From: Spirochaetales bacterium
GTDB taxonomy: Bacteria > Spirochaetota > Spirochaetia > DSM-27196 > SLST01
Direction: 5' to 3'
DNA length: 46,171 bases
NCBI GenBank assembly: GCA_019038705.1
Contig: JAHOYX010000098.1
Span: 1 to 46,171, forward strand
Positions 18,500 to 26,905 of the stretch are shown one piece after another. The first letter of the stretch is position 1; the number at the start of each line of letters is the position of its first letter. Position numbers and translations under genes: made by a program. The notes beneath the pieces were generated by a model that had not been told where the DNA came from, ran no database searches, and saw nothing but the letters and a program-made list of their open reading frames with translations.

Positions 18500-18601
18500 A
18501 TACCGTTCCTCGCCTACATGGTGCAGACGCTTCCGGTCTCGCTCTACATGCTCGGTAACTACTTCCGGACCATTCCCTACTCCACAGAGGAAGCGGCGCT
18601 C
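18500..18601 (+). pseudogene. Relic of a sugar ABC permease (EAA-loop region)
   Basis: Hand translation of this intergenic stretch gives IPFLAYMVQTLPVSLYMLGNYFRTIPYSTEEAAL. This matches the segment that precedes and enters the EAA loop of MalG-type permeases. A TAG lies at 18485-18487, and similarity is lost after EEAAL. Confidence 0.5.
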
Positions 18602-18737
18602 CGTGTCCTTCTTGCCTGCCGCACGACTCCCTTCCCAGTGTGCGCTTGCCCTGCGCGTACCCTGTAGCGCGACTGCCAAGAGTGGAGTAAACTGCCAAAG
18701 TTCACAACCGGGGCTATCGCCCGCGAGAGGAGGTGTC

Positions 18738-20432
18738 ATGGCTGAGGGTGACCGATTCGAGTTCATCGTGAACCGATCTCCTGATTTCATAACGCTCATC
18801 AACTCGGAATACGTCTACGAGTTCGTGAATGACTCGTACCGCGAGGCCATAGACAAGACCTACGACGAGGTGGTCAGTCACTCCGTTGAGGAGATCTGGG
18901 GTCGGGACAAGTTCACCACGAGCATCCAACCGGTGCTGGACCGATGCTTTGACGGCGAGATTGTCGAGTATATCGATGTCTTCCGCTTTGGCAGCTTCGA
19001 GAAGCACATGCACGTCACCTATTACCCGTACAGTGAGGATGGTGCCGGGCGACCGTACGCACTGGTCTTCTCGCACGACATCACCAGACTGACCGAGATT
19101 GAGACTCGACTGACCCGTTACGAGTTCATTGATCCGCTGACCGGCCTTCTCAATCGCCGATCGCTCAACGTGATCCTGGATAAGGAGATCTATCGCGGGC
19201 AGCGCGCCAGCGATGACGTGTACCGTGCGGTCATCTTTATCAGCCTCCGGGACTTTGCATCGATCCATCAAAGCTATGGTCCTGAGTTCGCTGATATTCT
19301 GCTTGAGAACACCGGTCTGCGGGTCAAGCAGACCGTCCGGGACAGTGACTACGTGTTCCGCTTTGACGGGACCGATCTCACGGTTCTGCTGACCGACATC
19401 AAACGGGCGGCGGACGCGGCGATTGTTGCCGAGAAGATCCACGACGCGATCACGTTGCCCTACTCCTACAAGGGCATAGACATCCGTCTCGTGAGCGTGA
19501 TTGGCGTATCCATCTACCCCACCGACGGCACCGACAGTCAGACACTGATTCGAAACGCGAACTCAGCGATTGTAGAGGCAGCCAAGATCCAGGCGCCCTA
19601 CCTGCTCTACGATTCGGAAACGCATGAGAAGGCCATTGCGCGGGTGACCCTCAAATCGGAACTGCAGCGCGCGTTTGAGGCGCGCCAGTTTGTTCTTCAC
19701 TACCAACCGTTCGTTGACCGGAATGGCACTATTGTCGGGGCGGAGGCGCTTATCCGGTGGAATCACCCTGAGCGCGGTCTGCTCTATCCCGGAGCATTCA
19801 TCGGTTTGGCGGAGGAGACTCGCCTCATCAGTGCAATTGACAAGTGGGCACTCTTCGAGGTCTGCCACGAACTTGGCCGGTGGGAGCACCTGCCCGACTT
19901 CTTCATCTCCATCAACATCAGCGCGAGGGATCTTCTGGATCAGTACCTGGTTGAAGCCGTGGAACAGGCCCTTGCGGCCGCGGGTGACATCAGCCCCGAA
20001 CGGCTGAAGCTGGAACTCACCGAGAGCATCTCAATGAGCGATCCCGGGAAATCGATTGAGACAATGAAGGCGCTCATGGCATTGGGCCTGGATGTGTGGA
20101 TAGACGACTTCGGGACAGGGCAATCCAGCCTGAGCTATCTCAAACATCTGCCCGCGGTTGTCCTGAAGATTGATCGAGTCTTCATCGAACAGATTGCCGA
20201 CAGCGCCGACGACAGGGAGTACCTGCGGAGCATTGTCTCCGCCATCCGATCACGCGGCAAGAAGGTCATTATCGAGGGAGTGAGCAGCCGAGAGCAGATG
20301 GAACAGCTCACTGATGTCCGCTTTGAGTATCTGCAGGGTTTCTATTTCAGCAAGGGTGTGCTGGCAGATGATCTACACAAACTGGTCACGGATCACGGGT
20401 CACTCCCCGTCGCTGAGCCCACCAAGACGTGA
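18738..20432 (+). CDS. PAS, degenerate GGDEF and EAL c-di-GMP phosphodiesterase
   Basis: GAGAGGAGG lies upstream of ATG 18738. The GGDEF position reads RFDGTDL (19359-19379). The EAL signatures EALIRW, DDFGTGQSSLSYL, KIDRVF, EGVS and QGFYF are present. Confidence 0.85.
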   Translation: MAEGDRFEFIVNRSPDFITLINSEYVYEFVNDSYREAIDKTYDEVVSHSVEEIWGRDKFTTSIQPVLDRCFDGEIVEYIDVFRFGSFEKHMHVTYYPYSEDGAGRPYALVFSHDITRLTEIETRLTRYEFIDPLTGLLNRRSLNVILDKEIYRGQRASDDVYRAVIFISLRDFASIHQSYGPEFADILLENTGLRVKQTVRDSDYVFRFDGTDLTVLLTDIKRAADAAIVAEKIHDAITLPYSYKGIDIRLVSVIGVSIYPTDGTDSQTLIRNANSAIVEAAKIQAPYLLYDSETHEKAIARVTLKSELQRAFEARQFVLHYQPFVDRNGTIVGAEALIRWNHPERGLLYPGAFIGLAEETRLISAIDKWALFEVCHELGRWEHLPDFFISINISARDLLDQYLVEAVEQALAAAGDISPERLKLELTESISMSDPGKSIETMKALMALGLDVWIDDFGTGQSSLSYLKHLPAVVLKIDRVFIEQIADSADDREYLRSIVSAIRSRGKKVIIEGVSSREQMEQLTDVRFEYLQGFYFSKGVLADDLHKLVTDHGSLPVAEPTKT

Positions 20433-20461
20433 GACCCGGCTACTGACGCGACGCAGCCCGG

Positions 20462-20872
20462 TTACTGCCGAACCAGGAGGAGGTTTGCGTTGGAGTTGGC
20501 CTCTATCTGGGTGACTGTCGCGTTTCGCTCGGTGACGACAATACTCACGAGGAACAGGACATCTTCGGTCAGATCGCGAACCTTGTAGAAACTGTTGGCG
20601 GATGGCGTTTCAAAGTAGAGAAATTCTCCGTCCATTCCCCACGATTCAAACCGCAGGCTCTGAGAGTCGGATGTCATAGTTCCGTCATCCTGGAGAACGA
20701 GCGTTGCGTCTATGAAACTGCTCGTGGGCGCAGAAGTCCGGTACTCGTTCAGTGAAAAGGCACCGATCGTGTCGAGCCTGTACAGTTGCCACGTTCCAGC
20801 CATGTCAAGTTCCTGCCCGAACAGAGGGGTCACAAGCAGGAGAACAGCGAATAAAAGAAGTGCCCGTTTCAT
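20462..20872 (-). CDS. Small secreted hypothetical protein
   Basis: It has the signal peptide MKRALLLFAVLLLVTPLFGQ, and GGAGG lies 5 nt upstream of the ATG. I do not recognise the family. Confidence 0.6.
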   Translation of the reverse strand: MKRALLLFAVLLLVTPLFGQELDMAGTWQLYRLDTIGAFSLNEYRTSAPTSSFIDATLVLQDDGTMTSDSQSLRFESWGMDGEFLYFETPSANSFYKVRDLTEDVLFLVSIVVTERNATVTQIEANSNANLLLVRQ

Positions 20873-20945
20873 ACAGCCTCCGTCTCTCTCTTTACTTGTC
20901 GATCAGGACGGCTCGTATCTTGAGAAGTTCCGTGCATGCCGGCGT

Positions 20946-20974
20946 TTGCACCCCGAGCGAATCAAGTCTAAGAT
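20946..20974 (+). promoter_or_regulatory. Candidate sigma70-type promoter of the histidine kinase gene
   Basis: The arrangement is TTGCAC, a 17-nt spacer, then TAAGAT. The -10 ends 11 nt before ATG 20986 and there is no SD, which implies a very short leader or none. Confidence 0.35.
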
Positions 20975-20985
20975 TATCCCTGCCC

Positions 20986-22092
20986 ATGGCCGGTAAGAAG
21001 AAGGATCCGAACGTATTCGCCTCAAACGGCGACGGAACGGTAACAACCGAACTCCTCAATTCGCTCCCGATAACGGTAGCCGTTCTGGACGAGAACCAGC
21101 GCGTGGTGTTCGGGGAAGAACGCCTGATGACCCTGATCAATCAAACTGGCCCGCCCAACGGGAAGCGCAGGCCCGGCGATGTCCTCCATTGTGTGAACGC
21201 AGCATCTCCGGAAGGATGTGGCACGAGTGAGGCGTGCCGGCTGTGCGGGGCGTATCAGGCTATCCACGAGAGCCGGTCCACCAATGCTCCGGTAACCCGT
21301 GAGTGCCGTATTCAATACCACGCAGGCCGAGGATACGGCGCCATAGATGCCAAGGTCACGGCCGCCCCGTACCGCGACGGGGAACGTGACTACACCTTGC
21401 TCACCTTGCAGGATCTCGGCGTGGAAAAGCGCCGGCGGGTTCTGGAACGGGTCTTCCTGCACGATCTCATGAACACTGCCGGTGGCCTGACCGGACTGAT
21501 TCAAGTTCTGATGGAAGCTGATGATCCGGAGACGATGCCCGAATTGCTCGGCGAGGCTGAGCGCGCCGGTCAGCAACTGTTGGACGAGATCATCGCTCAA
21601 CGTCAACTCATGGGGGCCGAGAACAACGAGCTTCCTGTCGCGCTTGAGGATCACGACAGCCTCGGCATACTGCACTTGGCCCGGGACGTTATTGCACCTC
21701 ACAATGTGGCAGCGGGCAGGGAGATTCAGATCGATCCAGAGTCCGAACGGTTCATGATTCATACTGATCGGGTCCTGCTCAGCCGTGTCCTGGTGAATTT
21801 GGTCAAGAATGCGCTTGAGGCAACTCACGCGCCGGATCCTGTGACGCTCGGCGCCGGGAGCGCGGCCGGCACGGCGGTGTTCTCCGTGCACAACACCGGC
21901 ATCATGAGCGAGGATGTTCAACTGCAGATGTTTCAACGGTCGTTTTCCACCAAGGGGGAGGGACGCGGCGTCGGCACCTACAGCGTTCGCCTTCTGACGG
22001 AGAACTACCTCGGTGGCAGTGTCGATTTCACGTCCGTCGAGGGAACCGGTACGACCTTCCGGGTCCGGCTCCCCATCGGCGGTCACGCATGA
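20986..22092 (+). CDS. Cytoplasmic sensor histidine kinase with a Cys-rich PAS-like N-domain
   Basis: It has the H-box FLHDLMNTAGGL and the HATPase motifs VNLVKNALEA, HNTG and GEGRGVGTY. The Cys motif is HCVNAASPEGCGTSEACRLCG (C-x8-C-x5-C-x2-C, 21190-21246). No TM segments are evident and no response regulator is adjacent. Confidence 0.8.
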   Translation: MAGKKKDPNVFASNGDGTVTTELLNSLPITVAVLDENQRVVFGEERLMTLINQTGPPNGKRRPGDVLHCVNAASPEGCGTSEACRLCGAYQAIHESRSTNAPVTRECRIQYHAGRGYGAIDAKVTAAPYRDGERDYTLLTLQDLGVEKRRRVLERVFLHDLMNTAGGLTGLIQVLMEADDPETMPELLGEAERAGQQLLDEIIAQRQLMGAENNELPVALEDHDSLGILHLARDVIAPHNVAAGREIQIDPESERFMIHTDRVLLSRVLVNLVKNALEATHAPDPVTLGAGSAAGTAVFSVHNTGIMSEDVQLQMFQRSFSTKGEGRGVGTYSVRLLTENYLGGSVDFTSVEGTGTTFRVRLPIGGHA

Positions 22093-24086
22093 CCCCTGGC
22101 AAAGACACCCGGCTTGAAGGCCGGCTGGTTCTCACCGGTCGGGGTTTTGGTTTTGTGAACCGCGACGAAGGCCCCGACATACTCATTCCGTTTGATCACC
22201 TCGGAACCGCAACCTCCGGTGACATCGTCCGGGTGGAGCTGTTCCCGGAGTCGCCCAAAGACAAGCCTGCCGGCAGGGTCACAGAGGTGGTTGAGCGCAG
22301 CGGACTTCCTGTCGTGGGGCGAGTGGGGTGGCGTGGCAAGCAACTCCGTCTCTATCCTGAGGGCCAACGGATCAACCGGGCGGTTGTCCTTGAGCCGAAG
22401 GCCCTGGACGTATTTATCGCCGCACAGAAACTGAAAGGCGGCATCTCCGACGGCGATGTACTGAGCGCGGACCTGGGAGTCTGGGAGGACCCGGCGGCTC
22501 ACCCAATTGGCATCCCGCGGGAGTTCATCGGTCGGCGTGACGATGCGCAGAGCGAGGTGAAGCTCATTGCGCTTGCACGGGGCTTCAGCCGGGAGTTTCC
22601 ACCCGCCGTCGTGGACGCTGCCGATCGCCTGGAACTCCCACCAACCGAACAGCTCGTGAAGAAACGAAAGGATCTCCGCGATGAGATCTGCTTCACGATT
22701 GACCCGGAATCTGCCCGGGACTTTGACGATGCGCTCTCCGTGCATCGACGTGAGGACGGCCTCTTTGAAGTGGGTGTCCACATTGCGGACGTGAGCCACT
22801 TCGTTGCTGAGCGGGACGTGATAGACAGGGAGGCATGGCAGCGCGCGACATCGGTCTATCTGGTGAACACGGTCCTCCCAATGCTTCCCGAACGCCTGTC
22901 AAACACTCTCTGCAGTCTCGTCCCCGGGGAACCCCGGCTGACAATGACGGTGAAGGCGGTGCTGGACAGCACCGGGCGCGTTGCCGAGGTGTCATTCTTC
23001 GAGAGTATCATCAGGAGCCGCCGGCGGTTCACCTATCGGGAAGTTGAGGAGATCCTTCACGGCAAAGCAGATCCGCTCGCACCGGAACTGCACCTGCTCC
23101 ATCTGATTACCCAACAACTCAGACGTGGACGGGAGAAGGACGGCAGCGTGGACCTCGATCTCCCCGCCACCCGGATCACCCTGGACGAAAACGGGGTGCC
23201 GGTGGCAATTCGCCCCGAGGAACGGCTCTTTGCCCAGCGGATGGTGGAGGAGAGCATGCTGCTGGCAAATCGGCTTGTGGCCGAGCAACTTCTGGCAGCC
23301 GATTTACCCGGCATCTATCGCGTTCATGACCAGCCCCGACCAAGTGACGTGGAGAATCTCATCGGAACCCTCGAGCAGCTCGGGATCAAGTACAAGGTGG
23401 GTGAAGAGTTCAAGCCGGACGACTACCGGAATATCCTGGCCATCATTGAGAACCTCGAATTCAAGGACTTCGTGGAGGCGCTGGCGATGCGATCGCTGAA
23501 CAAGGCGGTCTATGACGTTGAGAATCGCGGCCATTTCGGTCTGGCAATGGCCGCGTACACCCACTTCACCTCGCCAATTCGGAGATACCCTGATCTCGTG
23601 GTTCACCGGCTGCTCAAACGGCTGGTTCCGCTCCATGTCGCACCTGCGGCCCCCGGTTCGCCGAAGGGCGGCAAACGGCGGGCGAAGAGTTCCGGACGCC
23701 GCGGCCGCCCGAACCAACAGCTTCTCAAGTTCCTGCGCGAAACCTGTGAGCACTCCTCCAAGCAGGAGCGGGCAGCCACCGGCGCCGAGCGCGCATACAC
23801 ACGCCTGAAAGCACTCCAATACCTGCAGCAGCGAATTGGCCGCGAATACTCCGGAACAATCTCGGGCGTCACCTCGTTCGGTCTCTTTGTCGAGATCGAT
23901 CGATACCTCGTGGAGGGACTCGTGCCCATCGCAACGCTCGGGAAGGAACGCTTCGAGCTTGAACGGGCCGAGCACCGGCTCGTCGGCGGGAAGACCGGCA
24001 CCTCCTTCAGGCTCGGCGATCGCGTGAAGATCTCCGTGGCCAAAGTTGACACCGGGGAACGTCGGGCGGAGTTTCGTCTGGTGTAG
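22089..24086 (+). CDS. rnr: Ribonuclease R (RNB family 3'-5' exoribonuclease)
   Basis: It has an N-terminal OB/CSD (GRGFGFVNRDEGPDILIP), the RNB motif VGVHIADVSHFV and a C-terminal S1 domain. Its ATG overlaps the kinase TGA (ATGA at 22089-22092). Confidence 0.85.
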   Translation: MTPGKDTRLEGRLVLTGRGFGFVNRDEGPDILIPFDHLGTATSGDIVRVELFPESPKDKPAGRVTEVVERSGLPVVGRVGWRGKQLRLYPEGQRINRAVVLEPKALDVFIAAQKLKGGISDGDVLSADLGVWEDPAAHPIGIPREFIGRRDDAQSEVKLIALARGFSREFPPAVVDAADRLELPPTEQLVKKRKDLRDEICFTIDPESARDFDDALSVHRREDGLFEVGVHIADVSHFVAERDVIDREAWQRATSVYLVNTVLPMLPERLSNTLCSLVPGEPRLTMTVKAVLDSTGRVAEVSFFESIIRSRRRFTYREVEEILHGKADPLAPELHLLHLITQQLRRGREKDGSVDLDLPATRITLDENGVPVAIRPEERLFAQRMVEESMLLANRLVAEQLLAADLPGIYRVHDQPRPSDVENLIGTLEQLGIKYKVGEEFKPDDYRNILAIIENLEFKDFVEALAMRSLNKAVYDVENRGHFGLAMAAYTHFTSPIRRYPDLVVHRLLKRLVPLHVAPAAPGSPKGGKRRAKSSGRRGRPNQQLLKFLRETCEHSSKQERAATGAERAYTRLKALQYLQQRIGREYSGTISGVTSFGLFVEIDRYLVEGLVPIATLGKERFELERAEHRLVGGKTGTSFRLGDRVKISVAKVDTGERRAEFRLV

Positions 24087-24165
24087 CTCCGCGCGGTGGT
24101 CCCGGCGGGAATGCTGAAACCAGCACTTCCCGTCGGCCACGAGCGTTTGATTCTGTCGCAGGACC

Positions 24166-24194
24166 TTGCATATTCACCACTTGCCGGGTAATAT
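24166..24194 (+). promoter_or_regulatory. Candidate promoter giving a leaderless ATPase mRNA
   Basis: The arrangement is TTGCAT (24166-24171), a 17-nt spacer, then TAATAT (24189-24194). Only 6 nt separate the -10 from ATG 24201, and there is no SD. Confidence 0.4.
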
Positions 24195-24200
24195 ATCACC

Positions 24201-25451
24201 ATGGTACGACGAAATATCGAGCCGAGCCTTGCGGCCGCTACGGCCGATACACCGGTCGTTCTGATCAACGGCGCACGCCAGACGGGAAAGACAACCCTCG
24301 TGCAGACGTTCGCGGCTCGTCCTGAACTGCCAATCAATAGTGAGCCTTCAACATACGTCACGCTGGATGACGCGAGCGTGCTGGCGGCCGCTGCGAGTGA
24401 TCCGCACGGTTTCGTTGAGGAGTTCGAGGGCCCGGTTATCATTGACGAAGTTCAGAAAGCTCCACAACTCTTCCCGGCCATCAAGATGAGCGTGGACCGT
24501 GACCGGAGGCCGGGGCGATTTCTCCTGACCGGTTCAGCGAACGTCCTGATGCTGCCCAGGCTCTCTGAATCGTTGGCGGGGCGAATGGAGATCATCACTC
24601 TGCGCCCGCTATCTCAGGGGGAGCAAGACGGGAGATGCGAAACCTTCGTCGATCGCCTGATGGACGGTGGGCGGTGGCGCGCACCTGCCCGGGAGATGAG
24701 CCGACAGGAGTTCGCGGGACGAGTGTCGAGAGGCGGGTATCCTGAAGCTGTTCAACGCATTGACCTCAAGCGCCGGCGCAGCTGGTTCGCATCCTACCTG
24801 ACAACGATCCTGCAGCGGGACATTCGTGACCTGTCGAACATCGAAGGCCTGACGAACGCACCCCGGCTCATGGCGTTGCTGGCTGCCCGATCCGGCGGGC
24901 TGCTGAATGTCGCCGAAGTGTCACGAAGCGCGGGCGTCCCACACACAACACTTCAACGCTATCTCGCCCTCTTCGAAGCAACCTTTCTGATTCACCGCGT
25001 CCGACCGTGGACGGCCAACCTGGGCAAGCGCCTCGTGAAATCGCCAAAACTCCTGCTTGGAGACACAGGCTTCATGACTTATCTCCTGGGTGCATCGGAA
25101 GCAACGGTTCTGGAGGACATGGTATTGGCCGGGCGCTTTGTTGAGACGTTCGTCGGTTGCGAATTGCTGAAACAGATCGAGTGGAGCGAGAGCAGACCCG
25201 CATTGTTGCACTACCGCACTGCATCGGGAACGGAGGTTGACTATGTCCTGGAAGAGGGGGCGCGCCGAGTTGCCGGTATTGAGGTGAAACTCTCACGGAC
25301 GATAAGGAAGGAGGATCTTCGTGGCCTACGAAGCCTCGCGGAGGACGCAGGGTCACGCTTCGTCGGTGGGATTCTGCTATACACCGGAGACCTGTGCATC
25401 CCCTTCGGAAACAACCTCTGGGCTCTCCCGATGGGGTGTCTTTGGGAATAA
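24201..25451 (+). CDS. AAA-family ATPase with DUF4143 C-terminal domain
   Basis: It has the Walker A motif GARQTGKTT and IIDEVQ. The overall layout matches the AAA_14 plus DUF4143 proteins I recall. Confidence 0.7.
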   Translation: MVRRNIEPSLAAATADTPVVLINGARQTGKTTLVQTFAARPELPINSEPSTYVTLDDASVLAAAASDPHGFVEEFEGPVIIDEVQKAPQLFPAIKMSVDRDRRPGRFLLTGSANVLMLPRLSESLAGRMEIITLRPLSQGEQDGRCETFVDRLMDGGRWRAPAREMSRQEFAGRVSRGGYPEAVQRIDLKRRRSWFASYLTTILQRDIRDLSNIEGLTNAPRLMALLAARSGGLLNVAEVSRSAGVPHTTLQRYLALFEATFLIHRVRPWTANLGKRLVKSPKLLLGDTGFMTYLLGASEATVLEDMVLAGRFVETFVGCELLKQIEWSESRPALLHYRTASGTEVDYVLEEGARRVAGIEVKLSRTIRKEDLRGLRSLAEDAGSRFVGGILLYTGDLCIPFGNNLWALPMGCLWE

Positions 25452-25526
25452 GCGTGGGCAGATACTGTGCTCGTCCCCGGCACCACGAAATGCCATCAAG
25501 AGAAGGTTCCGTCAAGGGGCGGGCGG

Positions 25527-26864
25527 CTACGAGAACTCGGGCAGGAACTCCCCGTGTGCATCGATCATCTCATCGCAGAGCTCACGAATCCTGAAGAGCG
25601 GCAGTTCAGCCGCCGTGTGCGGATCAAGGTAGGCCGCCTGGTAGACCAGCTCTCTGCTTCCATTCAGCGCCGCGTCTATGGTGAGGAGTTGCACGTTGAT
25701 GTTGGTCATGTTGAGCGCCGCGCACTGGGTTGGCAGGGAACCGCTGTAAACCCCCTGGACACCGTTCCGGTCAACGAGACACGGCACCTCAACGAGGGCA
25801 TTCGCGGGTAGGTTCGGAATGAGGCCGACGTTCATCACGTTTCCATGAATCCGCGTTGGCGCTCCCGTGACGACGGCTTCGATGATGTACGATCCGTACT
25901 CCCGGGTCCGCTCGTGTTCGAGTGCGGTGTTGGAGACAAGACTCTCGCGTTGCTTCTCCCACCCTGCAATCTGACCCTCGCAGCGGCGTGGATACTCGTC
26001 CAGCGGAATATTGTACTGCTCTATCAGTTCGGGGTATCCACTCTTGATCCAATACGGCATGTATTCAGCGCTGTGCTCCGAGCTTTCGGCCACATAGAAA
26101 CCGAAGTGGCGCATGACCTCAAATCGGACCATATCATCGTGCTTATCCGCCTTGCCTGAGAGTGCCAGATCATTCTTCTCGAAGGCGCGCCGCTTCACCT
26201 CCGGATACAAGTTCTCACCATCGGCGGTCAACTCCAGGAGCCACGCCATGTGGTTGATGCCGGCAATCTTCCATTGGGCACGATCGGTGTACTCTTCCAT
26301 CTCCAGCGACTTCAGCAGATGGGGCACGCAACTCTGCACACTGTGGCAGAGCCCGACAGTCGGGACATCGGTGGCGCGCAGAACCGCGCCGGTGACGATT
26401 GCCATGGGATTCGTGTAGTTGAGAAGCAGCGCGCCGGGACAGACCTCCTCCATCTCGTGGGCAAACCCAACCATCACCGGAATCGTCCGCAATCCCCGGA
26501 AAATGCCGCCCACTCCGAGCGTGTCGGCAATTGTCTGCCGAAGTCCGTACTTCTTTGGAATCTCGAAATCAATCACCGTGGACGGTCGATAGCCGCCAAC
26601 CTGAATTGCATTCACGACAAAATCCGCGTCCTTCAACGCGGTCCTGCGTTGGTCCGTTCCGAGGTGGGCGCTCACCGTGGCGCGCCCCTGATTGATGGAC
26701 CCGTTCAGATTCTCGATCATGAGCCTGGAGTCCTCGAGCCGGTGCGAGTCAACATCGTAGAGCGCGAGATGTGCGTCTCTGAGCGACTCGGTACGCATGC
26801 AGTCACCGAGGATGTTCTTTGCAAAAACGGTACTTCCGGCACCGATGAATGTGATCTTGATCAT
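25527..26864 (-). CDS. melA: GH4 NAD/Mn-dependent alpha-galactosidase
   Basis: MIKITFIGAGSTVFAKNILGD, ADFVVNAIQVGGY, QTIADTLG, LLNYTNPMA, VGLCHSVQ, AGINHMAW and ESSEHSAEY closely track E. coli MelA as I recall it. GGAGGG lies 5 nt upstream of ATG 26864. Confidence 0.8.
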   Translation of the reverse strand: MIKITFIGAGSTVFAKNILGDCMRTESLRDAHLALYDVDSHRLEDSRLMIENLNGSINQGRATVSAHLGTDQRRTALKDADFVVNAIQVGGYRPSTVIDFEIPKKYGLRQTIADTLGVGGIFRGLRTIPVMVGFAHEMEEVCPGALLLNYTNPMAIVTGAVLRATDVPTVGLCHSVQSCVPHLLKSLEMEEYTDRAQWKIAGINHMAWLLELTADGENLYPEVKRRAFEKNDLALSGKADKHDDMVRFEVMRHFGFYVAESSEHSAEYMPYWIKSGYPELIEQYNIPLDEYPRRCEGQIAGWEKQRESLVSNTALEHERTREYGSYIIEAVVTGAPTRIHGNVMNVGLIPNLPANALVEVPCLVDRNGVQGVYSGSLPTQCAALNMTNINVQLLTIDAALNGSRELVYQAAYLDPHTAAELPLFRIRELCDEMIDAHGEFLPEFS

Positions 26865-26905
26865 GTGACCCTCCAACTGGGCAGAGAGGATACTGCGGAT
26901 TCAGA

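Noticed and set aside
18672-18698. A direct repeat ACTGCCAA occurring twice with 19-nt spacing, upstream of the PAS-GGDEF-EAL gene, as a possible regulator site.
   Set aside because: A repeated 8-mer within a ~300-bp region is about what chance predicts.
18213-18737. Long N-terminal ORF extensions in the track: 18213 for the EAL protein, 20752 for the kinase, 12953 for the GRE, 39959 for NYN, 33171 for rhomboid and 37436 for the lipoprotein.
   Set aside because: The extensions overlap neighbouring genes or are low-complexity. Internal starts have an SD or promoter context and match family N-termini.
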